From the NCBI GenBank assembly GCA_964525535.1, contig CAZGHT010000017.1, forward strand, positions 696-64,695: a stretch of DNA of 64,000 bases, in the 5' to 3' direction. Below, in pieces: positions 9,077-20,159 of this stretch. A program made the position numbers and the translations under genes. Numbering within the stretch: the stretch's first letter is position 1; each line of letters opens with the position of its first letter. The DNA comes from an uncultured Rhodothermaceae bacterium (GTDB lineage: Bacteria > Bacteroidota > Rhodothermia > Rhodothermales > JAHQVL01). A model generated the notes under the pieces. That model was not told the origin of the DNA and searched no databases. It worked only from the letters and a program-made list of their open reading frames with translations.

Positions 9077-11848
9077 ATGAGATTTCTTGTTACTCTCCTG
9101 TTACTTGCGTTCTGCACTGCCCCTGCGGCTGCTCAGGATACAAATCCTGTCGCCTCACCCCAATCTGGCGACAGTCCTATCGACATCCCATACGAAAAAT
9201 TCGTACTGGACAACGGCCTTACCGTCGTCGTACACGAGGACCGCAAGGCGCCCATCGTCGCCGTAAACCTGTGGTACCACGTCGGATCGAAAAACGAAAA
9301 ACCGGGCAAGACGGGATTCGCTCATCTATTCGAACACCTGATGTTTAATGGCTCGGAGAATTTCGACGACGACTATTTCCAGGCCCTGGAACGTGTAGGA
9401 GCCACGGACCTGAATGGCACGACCAATAACGATCGCACCAATTATTTCCAGAACGTGCCGGTCAATGCCCTCGATCTCGCGTTATGGATGGAATCGGATC
9501 GCATGGGCCACCTGCTGGGCGCCATCGACCAGGAAAAACTGGACGAACAGCGTGGCGTGGTCCAGAACGAGAAGCGACAGGGCGAGAATCAACCGTACGG
9601 GAAAGTCTGGGGCACCATTGCAGAAAATACCTATCCCGAAGGCCATCCCTACTCGTGGTCGGTCATCGGGTCGATGGAGGACCTCAACGCAGCCGAGCTG
9701 GACGACGTATACGAGTGGTTCCGTACCTATTATGGCCCGAACAATGCAACGCTGGTCATCGCCGGCGACATCGATGCGGCTACCGCTAGAGAAAAAGTGG
9801 AAAAATACTTCGCTGATATCGAGCCTGGCCCTCCGGTTGCCAAACATGAGGTCTGGATCGCGAAGCAGACGGGAGAGAAGAGGATGACGATGCAGGACCG
9901 AGTACCTCAGGCTCGGGTCTATAAAGTGTGGAATATACCCGAGCTCGGCAACATCGAGCTGACCCATCTGGACCTCGTGTCCGACGTTCTCGCCCGCGGG
10001 AAATCTTCCAGGCTCTACGAACGGCTGGTATACAACGACCAGATTGCGACGAGCGTATCGGCGTCCTATAGCGGAGGCGAAATTGGAAGCCAGTTTGTCA
10101 TCAATGCGACGGTTAAACCCGGGGTACCGTTGTCCGAAGCGGAAGCGGCGATCGACGAGGAGTTGACCCGCTTGTTGGAGGACGGCATCGAAGAGCGGGA
10201 GTTGCAACGCGTCAAAACACAGTTTATAGCGAGTTTCATACGCGGCGCGGAACGCATTGGCGGTTTTGGCGGCAAGTCGGACATCCTCGCTCAAAACGAG
10301 GTATACGCAGATACACCAGACTACTACAAAGTCACCCTGGAGCGCGTCCAAAATGCAACAACCGAAGATCTCCAGAAAGCTGCCAGAAAGTGGCTGTCTG
10401 ACGGCGTTTTCGTGCTCGAAGTCCACCCCTTCCCCGAACTGGCCTCGGCTGCTGAGTCCGCGGACCGATCGGGATTACCGCCTGTCGCTGCCCCTCCTGA
10501 TGCCGCCTTCCCCGCTCTGGAGCGAGCTACGTTGAGCAACGGGATGGAGGTCATCCTCGCCCAGCGGGACGCGGTACCCATCGTTGATTTTCGACTGCTG
10601 TTCGACGCGGGGTACGCCTCCGATCAATTCGCTCAGCCGGGCACGGCAAACCTGGCCATGAGCATGCTGGACGAGGGCACGACGTCGCGGAGCTCCCTCG
10701 AAATAAGCGAAGAACTCGCCATGCTCGGCGCGACGCTCGGCAGCTTCTCCAACCTGGATATATCCTCTGTGCAGATGTCGGCGCTAAAAGCCGAGCTGGA
10801 ACCGTCTCTGGAACTCTTTGCAGACGTAGTCTTGAATCCGTCATTCCCCGAACAGGACTTCGAGCGCCTCAAGCAACAAACTATGATCGGCATCCAGCGC
10901 GAAAAGGTTACACCCGTCCAGATGGCGCTCCGGGTATTTCCCGGATTGTTGTACGGCGAGGATCACGCCTACGGCTTGCCGCTCACAGGATCCGGTACGG
11001 AGGCTTCTGTGAGTGCGCTGTCGCGAGACGATCTCATGGCCTTTCACGAGACGTGGTTCAAACCGAACAACGCAACGCTCGTGGTAGTCGGCGACGTATC
11101 CATGGACGAGCTCAAGCCAAAACTCGAAGGGCTGTTCCAGTCCTGGAAAGGAGGAGAGGTACCGAAAAAGGCCATCGACAATGTCGCACATAAGCCGGCC
11201 TCGACCGTATATCTCATGGACCGTCCGGGGTCCGAGCAATCCATTATCTTCGCCGGCCACGTGGCTCCTCCCAAAGCCAACCCCGACGAGATCGCCATCG
11301 AAACGATGAACACGATCCTCGGCGGCTCCTTCACGTCTCGGGTGAACATGAACCTCCGGGAGGACAAGGGATGGGCCTACGGGGCCTTCACGCTGATGGT
11401 CGATGCTCAGGGGCAGCGTCCCTTCATCGCGTATGCACCGGTGCAGACCGACAAAACGAAAGAGTCCATGCAGGAAATACAGAACGAACTGCTCGGCATT
11501 CTCGAGAGCAACCCTGTCACTCCCGATGAAGTCGACAAGGCGCAGAAAAACCAGACCCTGACGCTCGCCGGCCAATGGGAGACCAACAACGCTGTTCTGA
11601 ACTCGATCGTAGAAATGGTTCGTTTTGGGTTGCCGCACGATCATTTCGCTACCTATACTGACAGAGTCCGGTCTCTGAATCCTTCCATGGTGAATGAAGC
11701 AGCCAGTGAGGTTCTTCGCCCCAACAACCTCGTCTGGGTTGTCGTGGGAGATCGCTCGAAGATCGAAGCCGGCATTCGGGAGTTGGGATTCGGAGAGATT
11801 ACGCTACTGGATGGGGATGGCGAGGTCCTCGAAGAAGAGATGGAATGA
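9077..11848 (+). CDS. Secreted M16 (pitrilysin/insulinase) family zinc peptidase, two-module form
   Basis: Signal peptide (LLLLAFCTAPAAAQ). Inverted zinc motif HLFEHLMFNGS (HxxEH) with a downstream NEKRQ glutamate. The second half resembles an inactive M16 module. Length 923 aa. Confidence 0.85.
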   Translation: MRFLVTLLLLAFCTAPAAAQDTNPVASPQSGDSPIDIPYEKFVLDNGLTVVVHEDRKAPIVAVNLWYHVGSKNEKPGKTGFAHLFEHLMFNGSENFDDDYFQALERVGATDLNGTTNNDRTNYFQNVPVNALDLALWMESDRMGHLLGAIDQEKLDEQRGVVQNEKRQGENQPYGKVWGTIAENTYPEGHPYSWSVIGSMEDLNAAELDDVYEWFRTYYGPNNATLVIAGDIDAATAREKVEKYFADIEPGPPVAKHEVWIAKQTGEKRMTMQDRVPQARVYKVWNIPELGNIELTHLDLVSDVLARGKSSRLYERLVYNDQIATSVSASYSGGEIGSQFVINATVKPGVPLSEAEAAIDEELTRLLEDGIEERELQRVKTQFIASFIRGAERIGGFGGKSDILAQNEVYADTPDYYKVTLERVQNATTEDLQKAARKWLSDGVFVLEVHPFPELASAAESADRSGLPPVAAPPDAAFPALERATLSNGMEVILAQRDAVPIVDFRLLFDAGYASDQFAQPGTANLAMSMLDEGTTSRSSLEISEELAMLGATLGSFSNLDISSVQMSALKAELEPSLELFADVVLNPSFPEQDFERLKQQTMIGIQREKVTPVQMALRVFPGLLYGEDHAYGLPLTGSGTEASVSALSRDDLMAFHETWFKPNNATLVVVGDVSMDELKPKLEGLFQSWKGGEVPKKAIDNVAHKPASTVYLMDRPGSEQSIIFAGHVAPPKANPDEIAIETMNTILGGSFTSRVNMNLREDKGWAYGAFTLMVDAQGQRPFIAYAPVQTDKTKESMQEIQNELLGILESNPVTPDEVDKAQKNQTLTLAGQWETNNAVLNSIVEMVRFGLPHDHFATYTDRVRSLNPSMVNEAASEVLRPNNLVWVVVGDRSKIEAGIRELGFGEITLLDGDGEVLEEEME

Positions 11849-11907
11849 CCTGTTATGAATAATGCGCTTATCCGAGAGAGGTATTCGGACAGGCGTTTAC
11901 GTCTGTA

Positions 11908-11964
11908 GCAGAAACGGGGAACGGCCGCTTCCGATATAGAGGCTCGCTCCCCGTTTTCTGTTTA
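11908..11964 (+). terminator. Candidate intrinsic terminator after the M16 peptidase gene
   Basis: gcagaaacgggga (11908-11920) pairs with tccccgttttctg (11948-11960), giving a 12-bp stem with one bulged T. The loop is 27 nt and the stem is followed by TTTA. The loop is long and the T-run is short. Confidence 0.35.
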
Positions 11965-12114
11965 CGACCCTCTTGTTAACGATGTAAAACCTGGGGGGCG
12001 ATGTAACATGTACCCATCCAAATCGTACTGAAACCAGTTACGCGGGCGAAAGGCCCAGTGGGAACTCACCACGCCCGACATCAAGCCACCCCCTTCAAAT
12101 CGACATTCACTGGT

Positions 12115-13524
12115 ATGTTACGTTCATCTATTCTTTTCCTGATCGCAGTCTTTTTATTCATGGTCCCCTCTGCCAACGCCCAGGAAGCTCAGCGAATTAC
12201 CTTCGACGACGCCGTTCGCATCGCGATGCAGCAGAACGTCGCTCTGCGCAGGGCGCGCAACTTCGTAGAACAGCAGAGCACGATCGTGACCGACCGGAGA
12301 ATGGCCTTTTCCCCCAATCTGTCCTTCAGTGCGGGTGCGGGGCAAAACTTCGGCCGGCAGTTCATCCAGAGCGAAAGCCGGGTTGTCCAGGAAACCAATG
12401 AGTCGTTCCGCTCGAATATCTCTTCGAACGTGACCGTGTTCAGCGGGTTCAGGAATATGTCGCTGCTCAGCAGCGCTCGCCTCGACCTGGAAGCGGAAAA
12501 CCTGGAGTACGAACGTCAGGAACAGACGGTCATTTTCAACGTGATGTCGCAATACCTGACCCTCATCGAACGGGCCGAACAAATCAGCATCCAGCAGGAG
12601 AACCTGGAAGCGCAACGCCAGCAACTGGTCCAGATCGAAGAATTCGTCAATGTCGGCTCCCGCCCCATCTCGGAGCTGTACCAGCAGCAGGCAGCGACGG
12701 CCAACGCAGAATTGACGCTGCTCGAGGCGGAGCGCCTTTATCAGCTGGCCGAAGCTGCCCTCATTCAGACGCTGCAGCTCGACCCGTTCGGTGCGTACGA
12801 ATTCACGATTCCCGATATCTCGAATCAGGAATTGGAACTCACCGGATACGACATCCGAACTATGCTCGAGACGGCCTTCGGCTCTCGGTCCGACCTGAAG
12901 GCTCAGGAATCTCGAATCGCCGCTGCACAGGACGATATACGGGCGACACGCGCGTCCTATTTCCCCCAGATCAACTTTAGCTTCGGATACGGCTCTAGCT
13001 GGAACAGTGCGATCCAGGACGTTCTACGCGATGCCAACGGCAACATCGTGCTCACGCCCGAAGGGGACCCCATCCTATCCAGCGTGTCCTTCGCCGATCA
13101 GCTCGACCGCAACCGGGGCGGCAACATCGGGCTCAACCTCTCCGTGCCGATCTTCGACCGCCTGACCACGAGAAACCAGTCACAACGCGCTCAGATACAG
13201 TACGACAACGCCAGGCTGGACCTGGAAAACTTGCAGCAGAACATCGCGTTGCAGGTGCGGCAGTCTTATCTGGATTACCTGACGGCGGAGAAAAGCCTGG
13301 ACGTGACCGAAATCCAGTTGACGTCAGCCCAGCAGGCGCTCACGGCCGAAGAGGAGCGGTATAACGTGGGAGCCGCTACGCTCGTCGAACTTTCACAGGC
13401 CCGCGCCAATTTCGTGCAGGCACAAAGCGATCAAAACCAGGCGCGTTTCGATTTTATTTTCCAGAAAAAGCTGATCGATTATTATCTTGGCAGACTCGAT
13501 ACCTCCGAGCAGCTATTCGAATAA
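12115..13524 (+). CDS. TolC-family outer-membrane efflux protein
   Basis: Signal peptide MLRSSILFLIAVFLFMVPSANAQEA begins at ATG 12115; the ORF-track start at 12058 is a GTG with a non-signal leader. The body is two tandem TolC-type repeats rich in coiled-coil Q/L/A segments. Confidence 0.85.
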   Translation: MLRSSILFLIAVFLFMVPSANAQEAQRITFDDAVRIAMQQNVALRRARNFVEQQSTIVTDRRMAFSPNLSFSAGAGQNFGRQFIQSESRVVQETNESFRSNISSNVTVFSGFRNMSLLSSARLDLEAENLEYERQEQTVIFNVMSQYLTLIERAEQISIQQENLEAQRQQLVQIEEFVNVGSRPISELYQQQAATANAELTLLEAERLYQLAEAALIQTLQLDPFGAYEFTIPDISNQELELTGYDIRTMLETAFGSRSDLKAQESRIAAAQDDIRATRASYFPQINFSFGYGSSWNSAIQDVLRDANGNIVLTPEGDPILSSVSFADQLDRNRGGNIGLNLSVPIFDRLTTRNQSQRAQIQYDNARLDLENLQQNIALQVRQSYLDYLTAEKSLDVTEIQLTSAQQALTAEEERYNVGAATLVELSQARANFVQAQSDQNQARFDFIFQKKLIDYYLGRLDTSEQLFE

Positions 13525-13585
13525 TCGTTCGAAGGTACGTCAGGGGGTATTTTGCCCGAGCTTTTGATCACCGCCACCACCCTTC

Positions 13586-15079
13586 ATGGAAAAGAAAAAA
13601 AAGAAGTCTAACGTAACTCGTATTGTTCTCATTCTGATCGCCGTTTTCGTTGTCCTGGTCGGCCTGGCTGCCGCCTTGAGAGCAGCCGGCGTATTCGGAT
13701 CGCGGGAAGAAGGCGAAGCCGTGGAAGTGGCTGATGCTGAAATCCGCAACATTACACAAACAGTAACCGCCTCCGGTAAAATCCAGCCCGAAGTAGAAGT
13801 CAAAATCAGTCCTGATGTGCCAGGAGAGATCATCGCCCTCCCCGTTCACGAAGGAGATCGCGTCGATCAGGGAGCTCTGCTCGTCCGGATTCGGCCGGAC
13901 AACTACCTGGCCGAGGTCGAACGCAACGAAGCCAGTGTGTTGCAATCGAAAGCGGTCTTGGCCCAGCGTAGAGCGGACGTCCTGAATGCCGAACTGGAAC
14001 TCAACCGCCAGAAAGACCTGTTCGAAAAACAGGCCATTTCGGAAAGCGAATACCAGCGTGCAAAAACCCAGTACGATGTGGCTGTCGCCGCCTACGAAGC
14101 TGCTGATTACGCCGTTCAGAGCGCCGATGCGCAACTCAAAGATGCGCGCGAACAACTGGCGAAAACGTCTATCTATTCGCCGATGTCCGGTACGATCAGC
14201 ATCCTGAACGTCGAGCTTGGAGAACGGGTGGTCGGCACCAGTCAGATGGAGGGAACAGAGATGATGCGTGTCGCCAAGCTCGACCAGATGGAAATCGAAG
14301 TCGACGTGAACGAAAATGACGTCGTGAACATTACCGTTCTGGACTCTGCAATCATCGAAATTGATGCGTATCCGGAAAGACAATTCAATGGATCCGTCAC
14401 CGAAATAGCCAATTCGGCGCGGGTGACCGCTCAGGGAACCCAGGAGCAGGTGACCAACTTTCCGGTGAAAATTCGGATCACGAATCCGCACAATATTGCT
14501 CCGAGTGCCTCCAACGTCGGGCAACTCGACGTATCCTCGGAAGAGATACCACTCCCGGAGGTGGAGATTCCGAATTTCCGCCCCGGCATGAGCGGCACCG
14601 TAGACATCTATACGAAGACGGTACACGATGCGGTCGTCGTCCCGATACAGTCTGTGACGGTGAGAGATTTCAACGAAATCGATCGCGATGACGCCCGGGG
14701 AGATGCGGCTCCTGAGGACGACTCCGCCGATGCAGGCAACGACGAGGGCAGGAGTAGTGAGGATGAAGCCGGTGAAAACGGTGAAGGCGACGGCAACCGG
14801 GACGAAGCCGGCGACGCGGAAAGCCAGCCGGTAGATATGTTTGCGGAAGATTTACGGAAAGTCGTTTTCGTATTCGATGAAAACAAAGCTCGGATGGTGG
14901 AAGTCACTACGGGTATATCCGACGACACGCACATCGAAATCAAGTCCGGGCTTGCTGGAGATGAGCGGGTGATCATAGGGCCCTATAGGGTTGTCAGCCG
15001 TACCCTCGAGCCCGGCGACGCGGTTCGCATCGAAGAAAGAGGACCTCGAGGGGGTCCGTCATTCACTCGTAACAACTAA
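13586..15079 (+). CDS. Efflux periplasmic adaptor (HlyD/MacA-type membrane fusion protein) with an acidic low-complexity insert
   Basis: N-terminal TM anchor, lipoyl-like motif ([23 protein letters not shown]), alpha-hairpin, and beta-barrel ([20 protein letters not shown]). Residues ~361-420 form a D/E/G-rich insert ahead of the membrane-proximal domain. Confidence 0.8.
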   Translation: MEKKKKKSNVTRIVLILIAVFVVLVGLAAALRAAGVFGSREEGEAVEVADAEIRNITQTVTASGKIQPEVEVKISPDVPGEIIALPVHEGDRVDQGALLVRIRPDNYLAEVERNEASVLQSKAVLAQRRADVLNAELELNRQKDLFEKQAISESEYQRAKTQYDVAVAAYEAADYAVQSADAQLKDAREQLAKTSIYSPMSGTISILNVELGERVVGTSQMEGTEMMRVAKLDQMEIEVDVNENDVVNITVLDSAIIEIDAYPERQFNGSVTEIANSARVTAQGTQEQVTNFPVKIRITNPHNIAPSASNVGQLDVSSEEIPLPEVEIPNFRPGMSGTVDIYTKTVHDAVVVPIQSVTVRDFNEIDRDDARGDAAPEDDSADAGNDEGRSSEDEAGENGEGDGNRDEAGDAESQPVDMFAEDLRKVVFVFDENKARMVEVTTGISDDTHIEIKSGLAGDERVIIGPYRVVSRTLEPGDAVRIEERGPRGGPSFTRNN

Positions 15080-15095
15080 AGATCTGCGACACACT

Positions 15096-15827
15096 ATGAA
15101 TACGGGTCAATCGCTCATTGAGCTTCTCGATATCACCAAAGTATATCAGATGGGCAGCCAGAAGGTGCATGCCCTCGCGGGGGTAACCCTTCGAGTGCAG
15201 TCCAACGAATATGTGGCTATCATGGGGCCGTCCGGGTCGGGCAAGTCGACCATGATGAACATCATAGGGTGCCTGGACACGCCAACCAGCGGCGAGTACA
15301 TACTGAACGGCCAGAATGTGAGCGAAATGTCCGATAACGAGCTCGCAGACATACGCAATCGCGAGATCGGTTTTGTATTTCAGACCTTCAACCTGCTTCC
15401 GCGGGTGAACTGCCTGCAGAACGTCGAACTGCCTCTCGTGTATTCCGGCCTACGCAGAAGCGTACGGCGCGAACAGGCTTCGGCTGCGTTACACAGCGTG
15501 GGCCTCGGAGACCGCATGGACCACAAGCCGAATGAACTGTCCGGCGGCCAGCGGCAACGCGTTGCCGTCGCCCGGGCGCTCGTCAATAATCCCTCCATCA
15601 TCATGGCTGACGAGCCGACGGGCAACCTGGATACCAAAACGGGTGAAGAGATCATGCACCTGTTCGAGCATTTGTACCGACAGGGGAACACGTTACTCGT
15701 CGTGACGCACGAAGAGGAAATAGCTCAACACGCCCGCCGCATCATCAGATTGAGAGATGGACTGATCGAAAGCGACGTCCGCGTGGATCACCCTACGCTA
15801 GCCGCACAAGAGCTTGCCGAAGCCTGA
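15096..15827 (+). CDS. ABC transporter ATP-binding protein, MacB/LolD type (ATPase only)
   Basis: Walker [10 protein letters not shown], signature LSGGQRQR, Walker [14 protein letters not shown]-loop VVTHE. I moved the start to ATG 15096 ([10 protein letters not shown]...); the ORF-track start at 14991 overlaps the adaptor gene. Confidence 0.85.
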   Translation: MNTGQSLIELLDITKVYQMGSQKVHALAGVTLRVQSNEYVAIMGPSGSGKSTMMNIIGCLDTPTSGEYILNGQNVSEMSDNELADIRNREIGFVFQTFNLLPRVNCLQNVELPLVYSGLRRSVRREQASAALHSVGLGDRMDHKPNELSGGQRQRVAVARALVNNPSIIMADEPTGNLDTKTGEEIMHLFEHLYRQGNTLLVVTHEEEIAQHARRIIRLRDGLIESDVRVDHPTLAAQELAEA

Positions 15828-15964
15828 TCGGGCAGGCCTCTACCCGCCGGTTTATGCGAAACTCTGGTACTCTGGCAATTCTCGACAACGGCCGGCGGAG
15901 GAATCTCGTAGATCGAGGCGCGCAACGAACAGTACGGAATGGATAACGGCCTTCTTACGCTTTC

Positions 15965-16483
15965 TTATAACGTACAAGGCAACTTTTCTACCGTCCGTTC
16001 GAATTGAGCGGATGCATCGATCTGACGTAACACGACAGCCTGGAAAGGCGTCGATGGCTGATCGTTGCCGCGACAATCGTCGCCGGGATATCCCATCGCA
16101 TAGTTGACCACCAGCTCTCCCTGAACCAGTTCTACGGATTGAATCTGTATGGCGACGCCCCGTATCGGAACGGGAACCGCCACGAGTACAACCATCAATT
16201 GTGAAAAATCGATTTCACGAAACGGAAGGACCGTTTCCATGTATTGCTGATAGCTGTCCCACATTTCCTGATCTTTGATCACTATCTGGGTCGTATCTGC
16301 AAAGGTAGAGGAGGCCCCCTGACCGATGTAGTCGAAATAAATGGCCTCGGTCTCCTCGATATCGGTGTCCAGGTCCGGCTGGGAGCCTCCACAGCCGGCC
16401 AGGTGAACGCCGCCGATGACAAAGGGCGTTATCAGCAAAACTTTCAGCAATGAAACGTGTACCAGATAATGTGTGCAATACAT
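15965..16483 (-). CDS. Lipoprotein of unknown function (possibly PrcB_C-like; weak)
   Basis: Lipobox VHLAGCGG follows a hydrophobic leader when started at the internal ATG (MYCTHYLVHVSLLKVLL...). The mature part is acidic and beta-rich. The family assignment rests on overall pattern only. Confidence 0.55.
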   Translation of the reverse strand: MYCTHYLVHVSLLKVLLITPFVIGGVHLAGCGGSQPDLDTDIEETEAIYFDYIGQGASSTFADTTQIVIKDQEMWDSYQQYMETVLPFREIDFSQLMVVLVAVPVPIRGVAIQIQSVELVQGELVVNYAMGYPGDDCRGNDQPSTPFQAVVLRQIDASAQFERTVEKLPCTL

Positions 16484-16587
16484 GTGTTTCTTGTCTATTA
16501 GGAGCCGCCTATCCTTACTCACTGAACGATGAAGATGCATGACGGATCGATTTGTTGCCCCAGTACGATTGCTGTTTTGAGAATGGA

Positions 16588-19557
16588 ATGGAAGATCGCA
16601 TAATTATTCGGGGGGCCCGGGAGCACAACCTGAGAAACATTGATCTCGATATCCCCCGCCACAAGCTCGTCGTCATAACAGGGCTCTCTGGCTCGGGCAA
16701 GTCCAGCCTCGCCTTCGACACCATCTACGCGGAAGGGCAACGGCGCTACATGGAAAGCCTGAGCGCCTATGCGCGTCAATTTTTGGGCATGATGGAACGC
16801 CCTGACCTGGACTTCATCGATGGCCTCTCTCCGGTGATCGCCATCGAGCAGAAGACCGTGAGTCGAAATCCTCGCTCTACCGTCGGAACCGTGACGGAAA
16901 TATATGACTTTCTACGACTATTGTACGCACGCGCTGGCATAGCCTACTCTTATATCTCCGGCGAACGAATGCGAAAACAATCCGATGACGAGATCATCGA
17001 CCGGATCGTTCGGTTCGAACCCGGTACACGCATTCACCTGCTGGCGCCTGTCATCAAAGGCAGAAAAGGCCACTACCGCGAGTTGTTCGAACAAGTCGCC
17101 CGCCAGGGATATAATCGCGTGCGAACTGACGGGGAGATTCGTGAGATCGAAAAAGGAATGCAACTCGACCGGTACAAAACACACGACATCGAGGTAGTCG
17201 TCGACCGTCTCGTCATCAAAGACGACATTCGCCACCGGGTGAGTCAATCCGTCGAGGCCGCTCTCGAAATGGGGCAGGGATCCCTGGTCGCATCCGTCCA
17301 ACAAGATGACGGTACCTGGAAGGATATGTTGTTCAGCCGGCATCTCTACGCGGAAATGGACGACATATCCTACGATGACCCCTCACCCAACACGTTTTCT
17401 TTCAACTCACCCTATGGGGCCTGCCCGACGTGCAACGGCATGGGAACCCGTAAAGAGCTGGACCGCTCGCTCATCATTCCCAATCCGGCCAAGACCATCG
17501 ATGAGGGCGGGCTGGCTCCGCTTGGCAAACCGCGAGACATCTGGATATTCAGCCAGCTTCGAGCCGTAGCCAGAGTATACGACTTCAACTTCGAAACGCC
17601 GATTGAAGCGTTGAGCGATGATCAGTTGAAGGTAATCCTCGAGGGCGCCGGTGAAGAGCAATTTGACATCGTCTACCGGTACAAGAATCGGGAAGTCAAA
17701 TACAAACATCGTTTCGGGGGTATACACCAGCACATCTGGCACACCTACGAGAACACGAGCTCGTCAGGATCCCGGAAATGGGCCGAGGCCTTCATGCGAA
17801 CGATGCCTTGCAGTACGTGCGGCGGCCAGCGGCTAAAAAAAGAAAGCCTGTCCTTCAAAGTCGGCGGGTTGAACATCGCTGAACTCGTCGTAAAGGACCT
17901 TCATGCGCTGCGAGCGTTCTTTGAGGACCTCCGCATGACCGAACGCCAGTGGATTATCGCCCGGCCTATTGTAAAAGAGATCCGAGAGCGCCTCAATTTC
18001 CTCATCAACGTAGGAGTCGGGTATCTCAACCTGGACCGTAGCGCACGCACCCTCTCAGGCGGTGAGAGCCAGCGTATCAGGCTGGCTACTCAGATCGGCA
18101 CCCAGCTCGTCGGCGTCCTGTACATCCTCGACGAACCCAGCATCGGCCTGCATCCCAGCGACAACGGCAAGCTCATCGGATCCTTGAAGCAGTTGCGGGA
18201 CATGGGCAACTCTGTACTGGTCGTCGAACACGATCGTGAAATGATCGAGTCTGCTGACTTTGTGGTCGACCTCGGCCCTGGCGCCGGCGAGCACGGAGGC
18301 GAAGTGCTGGGAAATGCCCCTCCCTCCGAACTGCCATCGAGCAAGAACGGCTACCAGAGCCTTACAACTGCTTATTTGAGAGGAACCCGTGCCATCAAAG
18401 TGCCCGAGACGCGAAAATCGGGTAACGGACATTGCCTGACTCTGTACAATGCGCGCGGCCACAATCTGAAGGGCGACACCTTCACGTTGCCCCTGGCTAC
18501 ATTTACGTGTGTGACCGGCGTTTCCGGCTCGGGGAAGTCGTCGCTCATCAATCAGACCCTCTATCGCATCCTGGCCAACCACTTCTACAACGCGAAGGCC
18601 GTTCCACTCCCCTATGACTCCATCGAAGGCCTCGAGCACGTCGACAAAGTCATTGACATCGATCAGAGCCCGATCGGGCGTACCCCGCGGTCGAATCCGG
18701 CCACATATACCGGATTGTTTTCCCACATCCGTGACCTGTTCACCCTGCTCCCGGAGTCGAAGATACGAGGATACAAACCGGGGCGCTTCTCGTTCAACGT
18801 GAAAGGCGGCCGTTGCGAAGCCTGTAAAGGTGCCGGCATCGTCAAGCTGGAAATGAATTTCCTGCCTGACGTATACGTGGAATGCGAGACCTGTAAAGGC
18901 CGGCGCTACAACGCTGAAACCCTGGAAGTGCGCTACAAAGGAAAAACGATTTCCGATGTGCTGGACATGCCGGTTTCGGAAGCCCTCGACTTTTTCGAGA
19001 ACGTGCCCCGGATCGAGCGTAAGCTCCGCACACTGAATTCGGTAGGGCTCGGCTACATCCGTCTCGGGCAACAGGCGACTACCCTGTCAGGCGGTGAGGC
19101 GCAGCGCGTTAAGCTCTCGAAAGAACTTTCGAGGCCGGGTACAGGCAAAACATTGTACATTCTCGACGAACCGACAACAGGGCTCCACTTCGAGGATATA
19201 CGACATCTTCTACACGTACTTCAAGCCCTCGTGAGTAAAGGCAACACGGTTCTGGTCATCGAACATAACATGGACGTGGTCAAAGTAGCCGACTACGTTA
19301 TCGACCTCGGCCCGACAGGGGGTAAGCAGGGAGGATATATCGTATGTGAGGGCCCCCCTGAGCACGTCGCGGCAGCAGATACGGCCACTTCTAAATACTT
19401 GAGCGAGGAACTGGCACGCACCGCTTCGCCTGACGATACCGATGAAGACCTTTACCTGAATCTTGGAGACCTGGAGTCGAACGACGAGGAAGACTCCGAA
19501 GGGGTCGATGAAGAATTCGATGACGAAGAGACCTTCGAAGAACAGATAGAAGGATAA
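16588..19557 (+). CDS. uvrA: Excinuclease ABC subunit A (UvrA) with an acidic C-terminal tail
   Basis: [20 protein letters not shown] start, Walker [15 protein letters not shown] and [10 protein letters not shown], signatures LSGGESQR / LSGGEAQR, and zinc modules [30 protein letters not shown]. The last ~49 aa are D/E-rich. Confidence 0.95.
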   Translation: MEDRIIIRGAREHNLRNIDLDIPRHKLVVITGLSGSGKSSLAFDTIYAEGQRRYMESLSAYARQFLGMMERPDLDFIDGLSPVIAIEQKTVSRNPRSTVGTVTEIYDFLRLLYARAGIAYSYISGERMRKQSDDEIIDRIVRFEPGTRIHLLAPVIKGRKGHYRELFEQVARQGYNRVRTDGEIREIEKGMQLDRYKTHDIEVVVDRLVIKDDIRHRVSQSVEAALEMGQGSLVASVQQDDGTWKDMLFSRHLYAEMDDISYDDPSPNTFSFNSPYGACPTCNGMGTRKELDRSLIIPNPAKTIDEGGLAPLGKPRDIWIFSQLRAVARVYDFNFETPIEALSDDQLKVILEGAGEEQFDIVYRYKNREVKYKHRFGGIHQHIWHTYENTSSSGSRKWAEAFMRTMPCSTCGGQRLKKESLSFKVGGLNIAELVVKDLHALRAFFEDLRMTERQWIIARPIVKEIRERLNFLINVGVGYLNLDRSARTLSGGESQRIRLATQIGTQLVGVLYILDEPSIGLHPSDNGKLIGSLKQLRDMGNSVLVVEHDREMIESADFVVDLGPGAGEHGGEVLGNAPPSELPSSKNGYQSLTTAYLRGTRAIKVPETRKSGNGHCLTLYNARGHNLKGDTFTLPLATFTCVTGVSGSGKSSLINQTLYRILANHFYNAKAVPLPYDSIEGLEHVDKVIDIDQSPIGRTPRSNPATYTGLFSHIRDLFTLLPESKIRGYKPGRFSFNVKGGRCEACKGAGIVKLEMNFLPDVYVECETCKGRRYNAETLEVRYKGKTISDVLDMPVSEALDFFENVPRIERKLRTLNSVGLGYIRLGQQATTLSGGEAQRVKLSKELSRPGTGKTLYILDEPTTGLHFEDIRHLLHVLQALVSKGNTVLVIEHNMDVVKVADYVIDLGPTGGKQGGYIVCEGPPEHVAAADTATSKYLSEELARTASPDDTDEDLYLNLGDLESNDEEDSEGVDEEFDDEETFEEQIEG

Positions 19558-19671
19558 TCCTGCCTGCCTCGAAAATGGCGAGGAGTTCTCAAACGAATTA
19601 AATCCCATTGCGTATATTACCATCAATTTTTCCACCCACTCAAACTGATACACCACCAACATTATTCTCTT

Positions 19672-20157
19672 ATGAGTGATGTATATAAGAAAGCGCGGTG
19701 GCTCCTTATCGGGACGTTCCTCGTTTTTGCAATACTCGTCGCCCCCCACGAAGGCGAATTCTGGCCCTTTAGCATCTATCCTATGTTTTCACAGGGAGGC
19801 CGGACGTGGTCCCGCGCCGTTGTGCGGGATGTAACTGCAGTCCCCGACAGCCTCTACTGGCATGAATTCAACGAGGACGATCTACCTGGTACGAGTTATC
19901 CCCTCGTCCCTGCCGGCATCAACCAGAACGACATCGCCAACTTTGTGGCCAAGTCGACGACGTGGAATCCAGGTCGCGTCGCAGCGATGCGAAAAATCTT
20001 CGGCGAGGCTACTCGGGACCAATCGCTCATGATCTTCCGCGTAGTCGGCAGTTTGAATCAGAACCGCATGGTAGATGTCGCCTACACCCCCTTCCTCGTC
20101 ATGCATCCGGATACTGTGCTTTTCAACCCTAACCTGACCTACCCCTCCGATCAATAA
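19672..20157 (+). CDS. Hypothetical N-terminally membrane-anchored protein
   Basis: A single N-terminal TM (WLLIGTFLVFAILVA) is followed by EFWPFSIYPMFSQGG and a soluble domain I do not recognise. The stop lies 2 nt before the next start. Confidence 0.6.
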   Translation: MSDVYKKARWLLIGTFLVFAILVAPHEGEFWPFSIYPMFSQGGRTWSRAVVRDVTAVPDSLYWHEFNEDDLPGTSYPLVPAGINQNDIANFVAKSTTWNPGRVAAMRKIFGEATRDQSLMIFRVVGSLNQNRMVDVAYTPFLVMHPDTVLFNPNLTYPSDQ

Positions 20158-20159
20158 CC

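Noticed and set aside
12058-12114. N-terminal extensions in the ORF track (12058, 14991, 16552, 21101, 23548, 40570, 41651, 42792, 50385)
   Set aside because: In each case an internal ATG gives a proper signal peptide or conserved N-terminus and removes the overlap with the upstream gene. The extensions have no protein-like features.
13597-13604. A8 run in the first codons of the adaptor gene (MEKKKKKS) as a possible phase-variation tract
   Set aside because: It encodes a plausible Lys-rich cytoplasmic anchor. There is no evidence of variability from a single sequence, and the homopolymer is short.
16470-16492. 8-mer ACATGTGT shared between the uvrA/lipoprotein divergent region and the lexA leader, as a possible SOS box
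   Set aside because: In the uvrA region it overlaps the start codon and first codons of the minus-strand lipoprotein gene. The flanks are neither palindromic nor similar between the two sites, so chance is a likely explanation.
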